Assembly (NCBI GenBank): GCA_963847625.1
Contig: CAWKAR010000027.1
Span: forward strand, 128,001-192,000
DNA from: a candidate division FCPU426 bacterium
GTDB lineage: Bacteria > Oederibacteriota > Muellerivitia > Muellerivitales > Muellerivitaceae
Reading direction: 5' to 3'
Length of the DNA: 64,000 nt
Below, one piece after another: positions 38,502 through 48,415 of the stretch. The position numbers and the translations under genes were made by a program. The notes below the pieces were generated by a model that saw only the letters and a program-made list of their open reading frames with translations, was not told the origin of the DNA and ran no database searches. Position 1 is the stretch's first letter. Each line of letters starts with the position of its first letter.

Positions 38502-38984
38502 ATGACCTCAGTAAAAAGGAAAATAAAAAAGGAAACGAAAAAACCCGTGCCTAAAACTCCTATTCGAGCCCATCTTTTAGTTGTGGATGATGAAGAAGAT
38601 TTTGCCAGGTTGATTCAAAAAAGCCTGATTCAATCCGACTACCGCGTGGATATCGCCACCAGCGCCACCCAGGCCATCGCCCTCCAACGCAAGCATTCTT
38701 ATGACCTGGCTTTAGTGGATCTGCGAATGCCCGAGATGACGGGGTTGGAACTTCTCCAATACCTGAAAGTCAGGGACAAGAAAATATTCGTCATTATCAT
38801 GACCGCCTACGGCTCCTTTTCCGTCGGTTTCGAGGCCCTGAAAAAAGGCGCCTGCGAGTACCTCTCCAAACCCTTCAAACTCAAAGCCATGAAAGACAAA
38901 GTTAAAGAAGCGCTTGAACGGCGCACCCATTTCCTGGAGGAGCAGAGGGTTTTTCCCCATCGATTTACGGTGGACGAGTGGTAG
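38502..38984 (+). CDS. Response regulator (stand-alone receiver)
   Basis: VVDDE, DLRMPEMTG, MTAY, KPF. Confidence 0.92.
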   Translation: MTSVKRKIKKETKKPVPKTPIRAHLLVVDDEEDFARLIQKSLIQSDYRVDIATSATQAIALQRKHSYDLALVDLRMPEMTGLELLQYLKVRDKKIFVIIMTAYGSFSVGFEALKKGACEYLSKPFKLKAMKDKVKEALERRTHFLEEQRVFPHRFTVDEW

Positions 38985-39142
38985 TGTTTTGAAGTGATCA
39001 TGAAATAGGGATTTGTTGAGGGCCGTTTTGAGGGAAGTTTTTCGAAGCCGGCCGCGATTCCGGCTTGAAATTATTTTTTGGTCAGCTTTGCCCTCGAATT
39101 TAGGAAAATAGTTTAATCGAGTTTTGGAAGGGTTCGCTATCA

Positions 39143-39799
39143 ATGTCCAATGATTTTAAAGTTGGGAATGAAATGGATAACCAAGCTGTAAAAGCAAAGA
39201 CCTTCCAAGGTTTCCGCAAAATCTATCATGTCCTGGCTTCCTCGCTTTTTCCATTAGCGTATCTTTATTTGCCTTTTCACATGACTTCCACCACGGCGCG
39301 AAAAACATTGTTGATTTTTACGTGTCTTTTTTTCTTGATTTCCTTCCTCCTGGATTTTTTCAGACTGCAAGACAGGGCGTTTAACTCCAAGTTCATGCGT
39401 TTTTTTTCAATCCTGATCCGCAGTTCGGAAGAAAACAGGTTCAATGGTTCTACATATCTTCTCCTGGCCTTTTTTCTCGTCATTTTGTTCTCATCCCGCA
39501 AGGTTGCCGTGACCGCGATGCTTTTCCTTTCACTCGGGGATGCCGCGGCGGAATTGGGGGGAAAGCATTTCGGGAGGATGAGGATTTTCCGGAAATCCTG
39601 GGAAGGTGCTTTTTTCTTTTTTAGCGTGGCTTTTTTAACTGCTTTCGCCATTTTTGAGGATTGGAGAGTCGCTCTGCTGGGGGCGATTACCAGCGCATTT
39701 TTAGAACTATTTTCCTTTGAAATTGATGACAACTTGACTGTGCCGATCGGTTCAGCTTTGGTTCTTTCCCTGGCACTTCTCTTTTTTCATTCAGTCTAA
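39143..39799 (+). CDS. CTP-dependent dolichol/phytol/diacylglycerol kinase family
   Basis: RKIYH, GDAAAELGG, KSWEG, DDNLTVP. Confidence 0.88.
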   Translation: MSNDFKVGNEMDNQAVKAKTFQGFRKIYHVLASSLFPLAYLYLPFHMTSTTARKTLLIFTCLFFLISFLLDFFRLQDRAFNSKFMRFFSILIRSSEENRFNGSTYLLLAFFLVILFSSRKVAVTAMLFLSLGDAAAELGGKHFGRMRIFRKSWEGAFFFFSVAFLTAFAIFEDWRVALLGAITSAFLELFSFEIDDNLTVPIGSALVLSLALLFFHSV

Positions 39800-40093
39800 A
39801 TCCTGGTCTTTTCCCTCGATTTTTCATGGAATAACCAATGCTTTTTTAATTTTTAACGTTAAATATTGAACATTTTAGCCAAATAATTGCCATTGATTGA
39901 GAAGCCCTGATCTTGGCGCTTCTACAAAAAACAGCATGTTAATGCGCATTTGCAATGTTTTGTAACAGGAATAAAGCATATTGAAGTTTAAAATTCTCAT
40001 TTTTTATGAAATAAAACCACTCCAAGCCCGTCTAGAGGATAGAAGTTAAATTAGGAGGCGGCTAAAAACCATAAAAGAGGGGCTTTTTAAAAG

Positions 40094-40109
40094 TGGCATG
40101 GTTGATGCT
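40094..40109 (+). promoter_or_regulatory. Sigma54 -24/-12 promoter
   Basis: TGGCATGGTTGATGCT, GG-N10-GC. Confidence 0.6.
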
Positions 40110-40216
40110 GTTATTATTAAAGAAGTAAGGTTGCCCGCTTGCAAGCGATCTAGCGGAAATTGAAGTTGAATCAGTGATCGCACGACGCCTACGGACGCCA
40201 GAAAGCAGGTGGAGTC

Positions 40217-40375
40217 ATGGATCAGAATTGCGAGAAAATTAAAAAGATGCTGGATCTTTACCGCGAGGGGAAATTGACGGAATCAGAAAAGGCTGATGTG
40301 GAATATCACCTGTTATATTGCCCGGAGTGTATATTCCTTTTGACCCTGGTACCGTCGTTATGCCTGGACCGTTAA
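40217..40375 (+). CDS. 52-aa zf-HC2 (anti-sigma-type zinc finger) protein, absent from the ORF track
   Basis: Hand translation MDQNCEKIKKMLDLYREGKLTESEKADVEYHLLYCPEC...; GGTGGAG RBS; terminator-like hairpin and U-tract at ~40410-40432. Confidence 0.75.
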   Translation: MDQNCEKIKKMLDLYREGKLTESEKADVEYHLLYCPECIFLLTLVPSLCLDR

Positions 40376-40582
40376 ACAACCAGTAAAATAATTGAATGAT
40401 CAATGCCTGCCCTGCCCGGCGGGCTTTTTTTTGCCATGAATCCTTCCTTGACAAGCACCATCTCCAATAGGCAAGATGCAATTTAAATCATTTGGTTTTA
40501 CCGGGTTTTCGGCGCCAAAAAGCGCGGAAAACCCTTTTTGTGTTTGGGGTTATCCATTCCTTTTAAAGTGAAATAAAGAACA

Positions 40583-43500
40583 ATGTCCAATTCTTCCAAC
40601 TCGGGTAAACCAAGCAATAATATAACGCTTTTTCTTGAAAAACTTTCTTGGCCCTCGGCCGAAAGGGTATTGGAAGCCTTAACAAAACAAAAACCCAGAA
40701 TGCTCATTCACGGTGTTTCGGGTTCCGCCAAGGCCTTCCTTCTATCCTGGTTTTTCCAAAAAATAAAGCCCAGCCACCCTTGGCTGATCCTCACTCCCTC
40801 CCAGGAAGACGCCGTGAACCTCCAGGCGGACCTGTTCACTTGGGAGCCCCAAACACCCGTCTATCTTTGTCCCTCTTGGGAAACCCTCCCGGGGGACGCG
40901 GAAACTCCCGATCCCGAGCTCGTCGGCGAACGGCAGCGTGCTTTTTATCAACTTCTGCAGGGCGGTCCATTTGTGGTCGTGGCATCCCTTTTAGGAGCCC
41001 TGCAAAACACACTTCCCGTTGAGGAGTGGCTTGACCAGGTGATGGTTTTAAGAAAAGGACAAAATGCGCCGTTGGATTTGAAAGAAAGACTGGTGGCGCT
41101 GGGTTATGAACCCGTCAGCCAGGTAGTCCAGTTGGGCCAGTTCGCCATGCGGGGGGGTATCCTGGACGTGGCCTCGCCCGGTTCGCCGTCGGGACCCGTC
41201 CGGCTTGAGTTTTTTGGCGAGACCCTGGAATCCGTAAGGCCATTGAATCTCTTCAGCCAGCGTTCCGGAGGGGACCTGGACGATATCCTCATTTTCCCCG
41301 CCCACGAGGTGGTATTGAGCGCCAAAGCGCTACAAAATTTGAAAACAGCTTTACGCGCGAAAGCAAAGGGGGAATCCGGCATTCCTTCCCACAACGCTGA
41401 AACGGCCCTGGAACTTCTGGGACAAACCCGCCAATTTCCCGGGTGGGAATGGCAAGCCGTCGGGGCCCTGGTCCGGCGGCAATGCCTCTTTGACTATCTT
41501 CCGGAAGAAACAAGGGTCATGATCCTGGAACCGATGGCGTTGGAGCGGAAGTTCGGGGATTTGCAGGAAAAACTTTCCAAATGCGGGGAAAGGGCCCGGG
41601 AGGAAAAGTCCGATCTTTTCGATCCCTTTTCTTTTTTTTCCGATTTAAGTTTCCTGGAAAAATCCTTGAAAAAGGGCAAGGCGGCGGGTTTGGGGCAGAT
41701 CCGCCAAGAGCTTTTTGGGGCGGCGGCCGGGGAGGAACTGGCGGTGGAAACCCGATCCCTCCCCCCTTATAAAGGCAAGTTCGCCTCCTTTACGTCAGAC
41801 CTGAAAAAGTGGATGACCTCCGGAAACCAAGTACTGCTTTGGTGCCACAACAAAGGGGAAAGGGAAAGATTTTCCGAACTCCTTCGGGAACAGTCCATTG
41901 AACCCAAGGATCACCCGAACCTATCCCTGCTTCTGGGGGAAATGGAGTCGGGATTCGCCGTAGACGAGATCGGTCTGGAGGTGCTTCCCGACCATGAGAT
42001 CTTCCGGCGTTACCGGGGAAACCGCCGCCGTTGGGGGGTCCGGGCGGTTTACGGCGGCAAGCCCCTGGCCTCCTTGAACGAGTTGTCCCTGGGGGACTGG
42101 ACCGTGCACGTGGATTGCGGAATTTGCCTTTACCGGGGTTTGACCCCCCTGACGATCGACGGGGTGACCCGGGAATACATCCAACTGGAATTCGCTGATA
42201 ACGAGAAAATCTACCTTCCCACGGACCAGATCGTCCTCATCCAGCGGTACATCGGGAGGGAGGGCTCGCCTGCGCTGTCCAAGCTGGGAGGCGAACAATG
42301 GAGCCGTGCCAAGGCCAAGGTGCGCCAGGAAATCGAGGCGGTGGCGCGGGAATTGATGGCTCTTTACTCCGCCCGGCAGGTCTTGCGCAAAAAGCCTTTC
42401 CCCCCCGACGCCCCCTGGCAGGCGGAATTCGAGGATTCCTTCATCTATGAGTTGACCCCGGGGCAGCACCAGGCCATCCAGGACGTGAAGCGCGACATGC
42501 AGTCCGAGCAGGTCATGGACCGGCTCGTTTGCGGCGACGTGGGATACGGAAAAACCGAAGTGGCCATGCGGGCCGCCTTCAAAGCGGTCCTGGATAAGCG
42601 GCAGGTGGCCCTTCTGGTGCCCACCACCATCCTGGCCCAGCAGCATTACCACACTTTCAAGGAACGCATGGCCGAGTATCCCGTGGAAATCCAAATGCTA
42701 TCCCGCTTCCGAAGCAGGTCCGATACCCTGCAAACCCTGGCCCTCCTGCGGGAGGGCCAGGTGGACATTCTCATCGGCACCCACAAGCTGCTGATGAAAG
42801 ACGTCCGCTTTTCCAGCCTGGGCCTGTTGATCATCGACGAGGAACACCGTTTCGGGGTCTCCCAAAAGGAACGTTTGAAGTCGTTAAAGCGCGACGTGGA
42901 TGTGCTGACCCTGACCGCCACCCCCATTCCCCGGACCCTCCACATGTCCCTCTCGGGCATCCGTGAGATCTCGATCATCGACACCCCGCCCCAGAACCGG
43001 TTGTCGGTCTTGACCCAGGTGGCTCCCATGGACGACCGGCTCGTGGCCGAGGCTGTCCGGAGGGAACTCAACCGGGAGGGGCAGGTGTTTTACGTCCACA
43101 ACCACGTCAAGGACATCGACCGGATCGCGGACCAATTGCAAAAAACCGTGCCCGAGGCCCGGTTAGCCGTGGCCCATGGGCAGTTGGCGAAGCACGAGCT
43201 GGAATCCGTCATGATCGATTTCGTGGACAGGGAATACGATGTTTTGGTGTGCACCTCCATCATCGAATCGGGGCTGGATATGCCCAACGTGAACACCCTC
43301 ATCGTGGAGCGCGCGGACCATTTCGGGCTGGCCCAAATGTACCAGCTCAAGGGGCGGGTGGGCCGCACCGACCGCCAGGCCTACGCGTATTTTTTCTATC
43401 CCCGTTACATCACCCTGAGGGAATTGGCCCAGAAACGCCTGGAAGTCCTCCAGCAATTTTCCTCCCTGGGTTCGGGCCTGCACATCGCCATGAAGGACAT

Positions 43501-44092
43501 GGAAATCCGGGGCGCGGGCAACGTGCTGGGAACCCAGCAGCACGGCAATATGGACGCCATCGGCTTCGACCTGTACAGCCGGATGCTGGGGCAGGAAATG
43601 GCCCGCATGAAGGGACAGGAAGCCGGGACGGATTTCATACCGGTCTTGTCCCTGGGTGTGAGCGCGTATTTTCCGAAGGATTACATCGCGGAAGAGCCGG
43701 CAAAAATCGACTTTTACCGCCGCCTGGCGGAAATGAGCGGGGAATCGGAAGTGACGGAGATCGGGGCGGAGTTGGAGGACCGGTTCGGCCCCCTGCCGGC
43801 GGAGGCCCGGATGCTTTTAACCGTCGCAGCTTTCCGGCCCCGGGTCAAGGGCCTGGGAATCCAGCGGCTGGAAGCGTTGGAAGGCTGGGTCAGCCTTCAA
43901 TGGCACCCGGAAAAGGCGCCCTCCCCGGAGCGGGTGGATAAATGGTTCAAGATGTGGCCGCCTTCCCGCATCCGGTTCTCGTCGAAGGAACCCCATTCGG
44001 TTTCCTTCCGGGTGATGAAGGGAGACGAGAGCCAGGAAGCGCGCCTCCAAGCGGTGGATAAGTTATTGAAGAACCTGGGTGGGGATGAGTGA
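40583..44092 (+). CDS. mfd: Transcription-repair coupling factor
   Basis: UvrB-homology N-terminus, CGDVGYGKTEV, DEEH, TATPIPRT, QLKGRVGR, TRCF C-terminus. Confidence 0.97.
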   Translation: MSNSSNSGKPSNNITLFLEKLSWPSAERVLEALTKQKPRMLIHGVSGSAKAFLLSWFFQKIKPSHPWLILTPSQEDAVNLQADLFTWEPQTPVYLCPSWETLPGDAETPDPELVGERQRAFYQLLQGGPFVVVASLLGALQNTLPVEEWLDQVMVLRKGQNAPLDLKERLVALGYEPVSQVVQLGQFAMRGGILDVASPGSPSGPVRLEFFGETLESVRPLNLFSQRSGGDLDDILIFPAHEVVLSAKALQNLKTALRAKAKGESGIPSHNAETALELLGQTRQFPGWEWQAVGALVRRQCLFDYLPEETRVMILEPMALERKFGDLQEKLSKCGERAREEKSDLFDPFSFFSDLSFLEKSLKKGKAAGLGQIRQELFGAAAGEELAVETRSLPPYKGKFASFTSDLKKWMTSGNQVLLWCHNKGERERFSELLREQSIEPKDHPNLSLLLGEMESGFAVDEIGLEVLPDHEIFRRYRGNRRRWGVRAVYGGKPLASLNELSLGDWTVHVDCGICLYRGLTPLTIDGVTREYIQLEFADNEKIYLPTDQIVLIQRYIGREGSPALSKLGGEQWSRAKAKVRQEIEAVARELMALYSARQVLRKKPFPPDAPWQAEFEDSFIYELTPGQHQAIQDVKRDMQSEQVMDRLVCGDVGYGKTEVAMRAAFKAVLDKRQVALLVPTTILAQQHYHTFKERMAEYPVEIQMLSRFRSRSDTLQTLALLREGQVDILIGTHKLLMKDVRFSSLGLLIIDEEHRFGVSQKERLKSLKRDVDVLTLTATPIPRTLHMSLSGIREISIIDTPPQNRLSVLTQVAPMDDRLVAEAVRRELNREGQVFYVHNHVKDIDRIADQLQKTVPEARLAVAHGQLAKHELESVMIDFVDREYDVLVCTSIIESGLDMPNVNTLIVERADHFGLAQMYQLKGRVGRTDRQAYAYFFYPRYITLRELAQKRLEVLQQFSSLGSGLHIAMKDMEIRGAGNVLGTQQHGNMDAIGFDLYSRMLGQEMARMKGQEAGTDFIPVLSLGVSAYFPKDYIAEEPAKIDFYRRLAEMSGESEVTEIGAELEDRFGPLPAEARMLLTVAAFRPRVKGLGIQRLEALEGWVSLQWHPEKAPSPERVDKWFKMWPPSRIRFSSKEPHSVSFRVMKGDESQEARLQAVDKLLKNLGGDE

Positions 44093-44133
44093 TTTAGCCG
44101 CGGACGGTGATGACTTTCATCCTGAGATGGGAA

Positions 44134-45896
44134 TCAACCTTCTTCGTCCTCGTGGGCGATTCGAAGGAGTTCTTCCACCGTGGTCAGGCCTTTCAATACT
44201 TTCTTGACGCCGCATTCCCGGAGCGTTTGCATCCCGTCCTGCCTGGCGATTTTCTTGAGTTCCACGGCTGATTTCCGCTGAAAGACCCCTTTGCGGAATT
44301 CCTCGTTCAGGATCAACACCTCATGAATGGCCATCCGGCCCTTGTAACCGGTGTTGGAACAGGTGGAGCACCCCCCCCCCCTATAAAGCATGACCGGCTC
44401 CCCGTTCTGGGTTTGGATGTTTAATTCCTCCAGGACATCGGGAGTGGCCTCGTAAGGTTGCTTGCAGTCGTTGCAGATCTTCCGGATCAAGCGCTGGGCC
44501 ACCACGCAGTTGAGAGTTGAGGAGATCAAGAAGGGAACGATGCCCATATTTCCCAAACGCGTGATCGCCCCCGGGGCGTCATTGGTATGGAGGGTGGAAA
44601 AAACCATCAGGCCGGTCAGGGCGGCGTTGATGGCGATCTCCGCCGTATCCTTGTCCCGGATTTCCCCCACCATGATGATGTCCGTGTTCTGCCGGAGGAA
44701 ACACCTAAGCCCCGTCGAAAAATCAAGCCCGATACCCGATTTCGCTTCGATCTGGTTGATCCCCGTCATCTGGTACTCCACCGGATCCTCGATCGTGGAG
44801 ATGTTGATGATCGGTTTGTTGATGTAATTCAAGGCCGAGTAAAGGGTCGTGGATTTTCCCGAGCCTGTCGGGCCGGTGAGCAAGACCATGCCGTAGGGCT
44901 GGGAAATGGCCCTCGTGAATTTCGGAAGAATGTCCTCCTCGAACCCCAATTTGGGAAGGTCCAGGGAAAGGTTGGAGTGGTCCAAAATCCGCATGACCAC
45001 CTTTTCCCCGAACTGCATGGGACAGATGGAGACGCGGATGTCGATTTCCTTGCCCAGGACCTTCACCTTGATGCGGCCGTCCTGGGGAAGACGCCGCTCG
45101 GAAATGTCCAGGGAGGCCATGATCTTGATGCGGGAGGCGATGGATGCCGCGAGGGACCGCGGGGGGGATTGAACCTCATGAAGCACCCCGTCGATCCGGT
45201 AACGGCACCGGAGGCTTTTTTCGTAAGTCTCGATGTGAATGTCGCTGGCCCCCGCCCTCACCGCCTCCGTCATGACCAGGTTCACCAAACGGATCACGGG
45301 CGTGTCCCTCCCCGCGGCCTCCAGCTTGGAAATATCCATGTCCTCGTTTTTATCCTCGAGCAGCTCCAAATCGGATTCGCCGCCCTTGGACATGCCGTCG
45401 AGGATTTCCTGCATATCCCCGCCGGCCTCCCCCCTCCGGCGCCGGCGCCGCCCGCGCCTCCGCCGTAGTACTTGGCCAGCAAAGCCTTGATTTCCGCCTC
45501 GCCCGCAATGGCCGGCTCCACCTCGAAACCCGTGGTCATCTTGATGTCGTCGATGGCGAAAACGTTCAGGGGATCGGACATGGCCACCATCAGTTTATTT
45601 TCCTTCTTGACGATGGGGATGAGGCAATGGTTGACCGCAATGGCCTCAGGAACGGAAAAAACCACATCGCTTGGGATTTCGCCGATTTCGCTCAAGTTCA
45701 CCTGGGGTATGCCGAGTTGGGTTCCCACGAAAGCCATGATGACATCCTGGGTAACGTAACCCTGGTCGATCAGGATTTTTTCGAGCCGTCCGCCCTTGCT
45801 CTTTTGTTCCTGCATGGCGTCCTCGAGCTGGGCATCGGTGATGATTCCCTCATCCACCAGCATATCGCCCAGGCGTTTTCTCATGGATTCAGGCAT
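44134..45896 (-). CDS. pilB: PilB/GspE secretion ATPase with MshEN domain, frameshifted near 45430
   Basis: RLGDMLVDEGIIT..QL...Q MshEN motif; ASDIHIE, GPTGSGKS, EDPVE, GEIRD, zinc CxxC pairs; the two ORFs join with one extra base in the C6 run at ~45429-45434. Confidence 0.88.
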
Positions 45897-46172
45897 GAAA
45901 CACCTCAAAGGAGTAGGGGGATCCAGTTCAGGCTTTTTTCCCCAGGCCCTCAAAGAATCCCTGCGATTAGGATACCGCCCCTATTATGGAACAGCCAAGC
46001 CATTTTCGATAGGAGTTCAAATACTACTATATTCCAACCCGGCATTAAAATTTCATTCTTTCGGCGCTTTATGGCTTTTTAGGAATATTTTTCGGGGGAT
46101 AACCCGGCTTACGAACACCCTTTAGATCTTGCCGTTCTTGGCCCGTGTTATACCCGGAGTTCCAATTTATTT

Positions 46173-46356
46173 AGCCGGAGCGTCAGGCAGCACATGCCAA
46201 TCACCCATAAAGCCGTTCAAGAGGCTTGCCTGTGACGAGGCTACCAGCCGAGGAACATGATTCGATGTTTTATATCGCCCTTGGGCCGGAGGCCCAACGG
46301 GTGGAAGTGCCGGTTCCATAGGGGAACCGGCCTGGCATGGCGCTGATGTCCCTGCT
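46173..46356. ncRNA. Candidate structured RNA (~185 nt)
   Basis: Long-range closing pairings GCGTCAG/CTGATGT and CATGCCA/TGGCATG enclosing several hairpins. Confidence 0.45.
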
Positions 46357-46435
46357 TTATATTGCGGCCAACGGGATGAAAGTGTTAGGATACGCCCTCT
46401 TTAAAAAAATTTCCTGGATCCGGAAGGGAGTTGTC

Positions 46436-47215
46436 ATGTTTTCTAGAGGGAAGCGTTTTTTGTTCCTGGCCTTGGCCGCGGGAGTCCTTATTTTCTTTGG
46501 ATGGTCCTGTAATAAATACCCGAATAAAGCGGGCATTTCCGACAACCAGCTTGTGGCGACCGTCGGCGACCAAAAAATAACCTTTAAGGATTGGATGATG
46601 CACCTGGACCTTCTGAGGGTTTTCTCCCCCCAGCCGGTTGATCCCAACAGCGCCGAACAAGTGAAGGAGGTCCTGGAAAGCCTCATTAACCAGGAAGTGG
46701 TCTTGGGGGTCATCCATAAAACCAGTTACTCCGATCCCAAATTCGAGGAGATGGCCCAGAAGGAACTCGTGGAGGCCGGCCTCCAGATCAAGGAACTCAA
46801 GGATAAACTCACCCGCGACATTGAAACGGTGAACCGGCTTGAGAAAAATTATAAGGACGGTTACATGCAAATGCTGATGGCCCAGCACTACGCGGCCTCC
46901 CAGGTGGATTCGGTGGTGGTTTCGGACCAGGAAGCCAAAGATAAATACATGGAACTTTCGAAGCAAGCAAAGCTCGCGGGGCAGCAGGTCCCGGCTTTCG
47001 ACAGGATCGAGGACCAGTTGAAACTCCGGATCCGGGCCGACAAACTCCTCACCAAGCTCCAAGGGGACCGCAAGATCAACCGGCAGGTTGACGTCATCGA
47101 GAAGTACCTGGCCAACCTTACCTCGGAGCAGCAATCCCTCCAAGCTCCGGTTCAGCCCGGGGCCGGCGGGGCGCCTTCCAGGGGGAAGGGGATGAATCCC
47201 AGGGCAAAGCAATAA
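46436..47215 (+). CDS. SurA N-terminal-like lipoprotein
   Basis: Lipobox GWSC; VATVGDQKIT, VLESLINQE, VSDQE pattern; GGGAG RBS. Confidence 0.7.
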   Translation: MFSRGKRFLFLALAAGVLIFFGWSCNKYPNKAGISDNQLVATVGDQKITFKDWMMHLDLLRVFSPQPVDPNSAEQVKEVLESLINQEVVLGVIHKTSYSDPKFEEMAQKELVEAGLQIKELKDKLTRDIETVNRLEKNYKDGYMQMLMAQHYAASQVDSVVVSDQEAKDKYMELSKQAKLAGQQVPAFDRIEDQLKLRIRADKLLTKLQGDRKINRQVDVIEKYLANLTSEQQSLQAPVQPGAGGAPSRGKGMNPRAKQ

Positions 47216-47413
47216 TCAAATTTATCAAAGCGTTTTAAATTTGGCGCCTGAAGGCTGAGCGGGTTAAGAATAGAGCCTTTGACCGTTCATGCCGACCCTT
47301 GGATTATCACAACCCGTTTGAATCGAAATAGGTTAAGCCCTTGCCGCTAAAGTGTTTTGGGGGGTTCGGTGCTTTGCCGCTTCATACAAGTTTTAACCGG
47401 TAACGGGTAGTCC

Positions 47414-48415
47414 ATGGATATGAACAAAAAATTTTTGGGATACTTCGGGCCCATCCTTGGCGCCGCCTTAAGTTTATGCCTTCAGGGATGTTCCCGGGAG
47501 TTGACGGTGGATCTTCCCCCGCCCCGGGTGGCGCCGGAAAAGACCGTGGTGACCGTCAATGGCGAACCCCTTTCGCTTGAGGAATTCGACAATGAATTCC
47601 GCCTCATGGCCATTCATTACAGCGCGGTCTCCGAAGGGGACATGCGCGCCATTAAGCGAAGGCTTTTCGAACAGGTGATCAACCGCCGCCTTTTGGTGCA
47701 GGAAGCCCGGAAGGCGAATTTAAGGATGACCCAGCAGGATGTCAATGAGACCTTCAGGGACGCGTTGAGTGAAATGCCCAATAATTACCTGCAGATCCTC
47801 AAAGTCAGGGGCGTCAGCGAGGATTCTTGGAAAAGAAAACTACTCCAGGAAAAACTAGCCCGGAAGCTGGTGGATCTCAAAGTCAATTCCAACGTCCTCA
47901 TCACTCCCGGGGAAGTCGAGGAATATTACTGGTCCCACCTTTCCGAATATTGGAAACCGGAAGCCGTCCGGGCCCGGCACTTGGTGGTCCAGCACAAGGA
48001 GGACTTGGACCGGGCCCTCCAGGGACTTCAAAAAGGGGAGGAATTTTCCATCATCGCCGAAAGCCTTTCGGCGGGGATGGAGAAGATCAACGGAGGGGAC
48101 TGGGGTTTCATGGATACCGACCGGTTGGATCCCGCTTACTTGAAAGTCCTTTCCCCGTTGAATCCCGGGGAAGTTTCTCCACCCTTGAGGGACGAGTTTG
48201 GATATCATTTGTTCCAACTCATCGAATGGCGGCCCCGGAGGATGCAATCCCTGGAGGAAGTCCGGAAAAGCATTCATGACAGCCTGCTGAAGGAAGAACA
48301 GGACCGGCGGTTCGACCAGTGGATGGCCGGCGTCAAGCGCAAAGCGACTATCCTGGTCAATCAATCAATGGCGCCCCTGGTGGGGGTGACCCTGGAGGAT
48401 ATAAGAGATGAGTAA
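47414..48415 (+). CDS. Parvulin (PpiC-type) peptidyl-prolyl isomerase, SurA/PrsA-like
   Basis: VNGEPL, VRARHLVV, GGDWGF, GEVSPP..FGYHLF. Confidence 0.9.
   Translation: MDMNKKFLGYFGPILGAALSLCLQGCSRELTVDLPPPRVAPEKTVVTVNGEPLSLEEFDNEFRLMAIHYSAVSEGDMRAIKRRLFEQVINRRLLVQEARKANLRMTQQDVNETFRDALSEMPNNYLQILKVRGVSEDSWKRKLLQEKLARKLVDLKVNSNVLITPGEVEEYYWSHLSEYWKPEAVRARHLVVQHKEDLDRALQGLQKGEEFSIIAESLSAGMEKINGGDWGFMDTDRLDPAYLKVLSPLNPGEVSPPLRDEFGYHLFQLIEWRPRRMQSLEEVRKSIHDSLLKEEQDRRFDQWMAGVKRKATILVNQSMAPLVGVTLEDIRDE

Noticed and set aside
46173..46356. glmS ribozyme, SRP RNA or M-box riboswitch
   Set aside because: Only short word matches (AGCG, GACGAGG); defining conserved cores and gene context are missing
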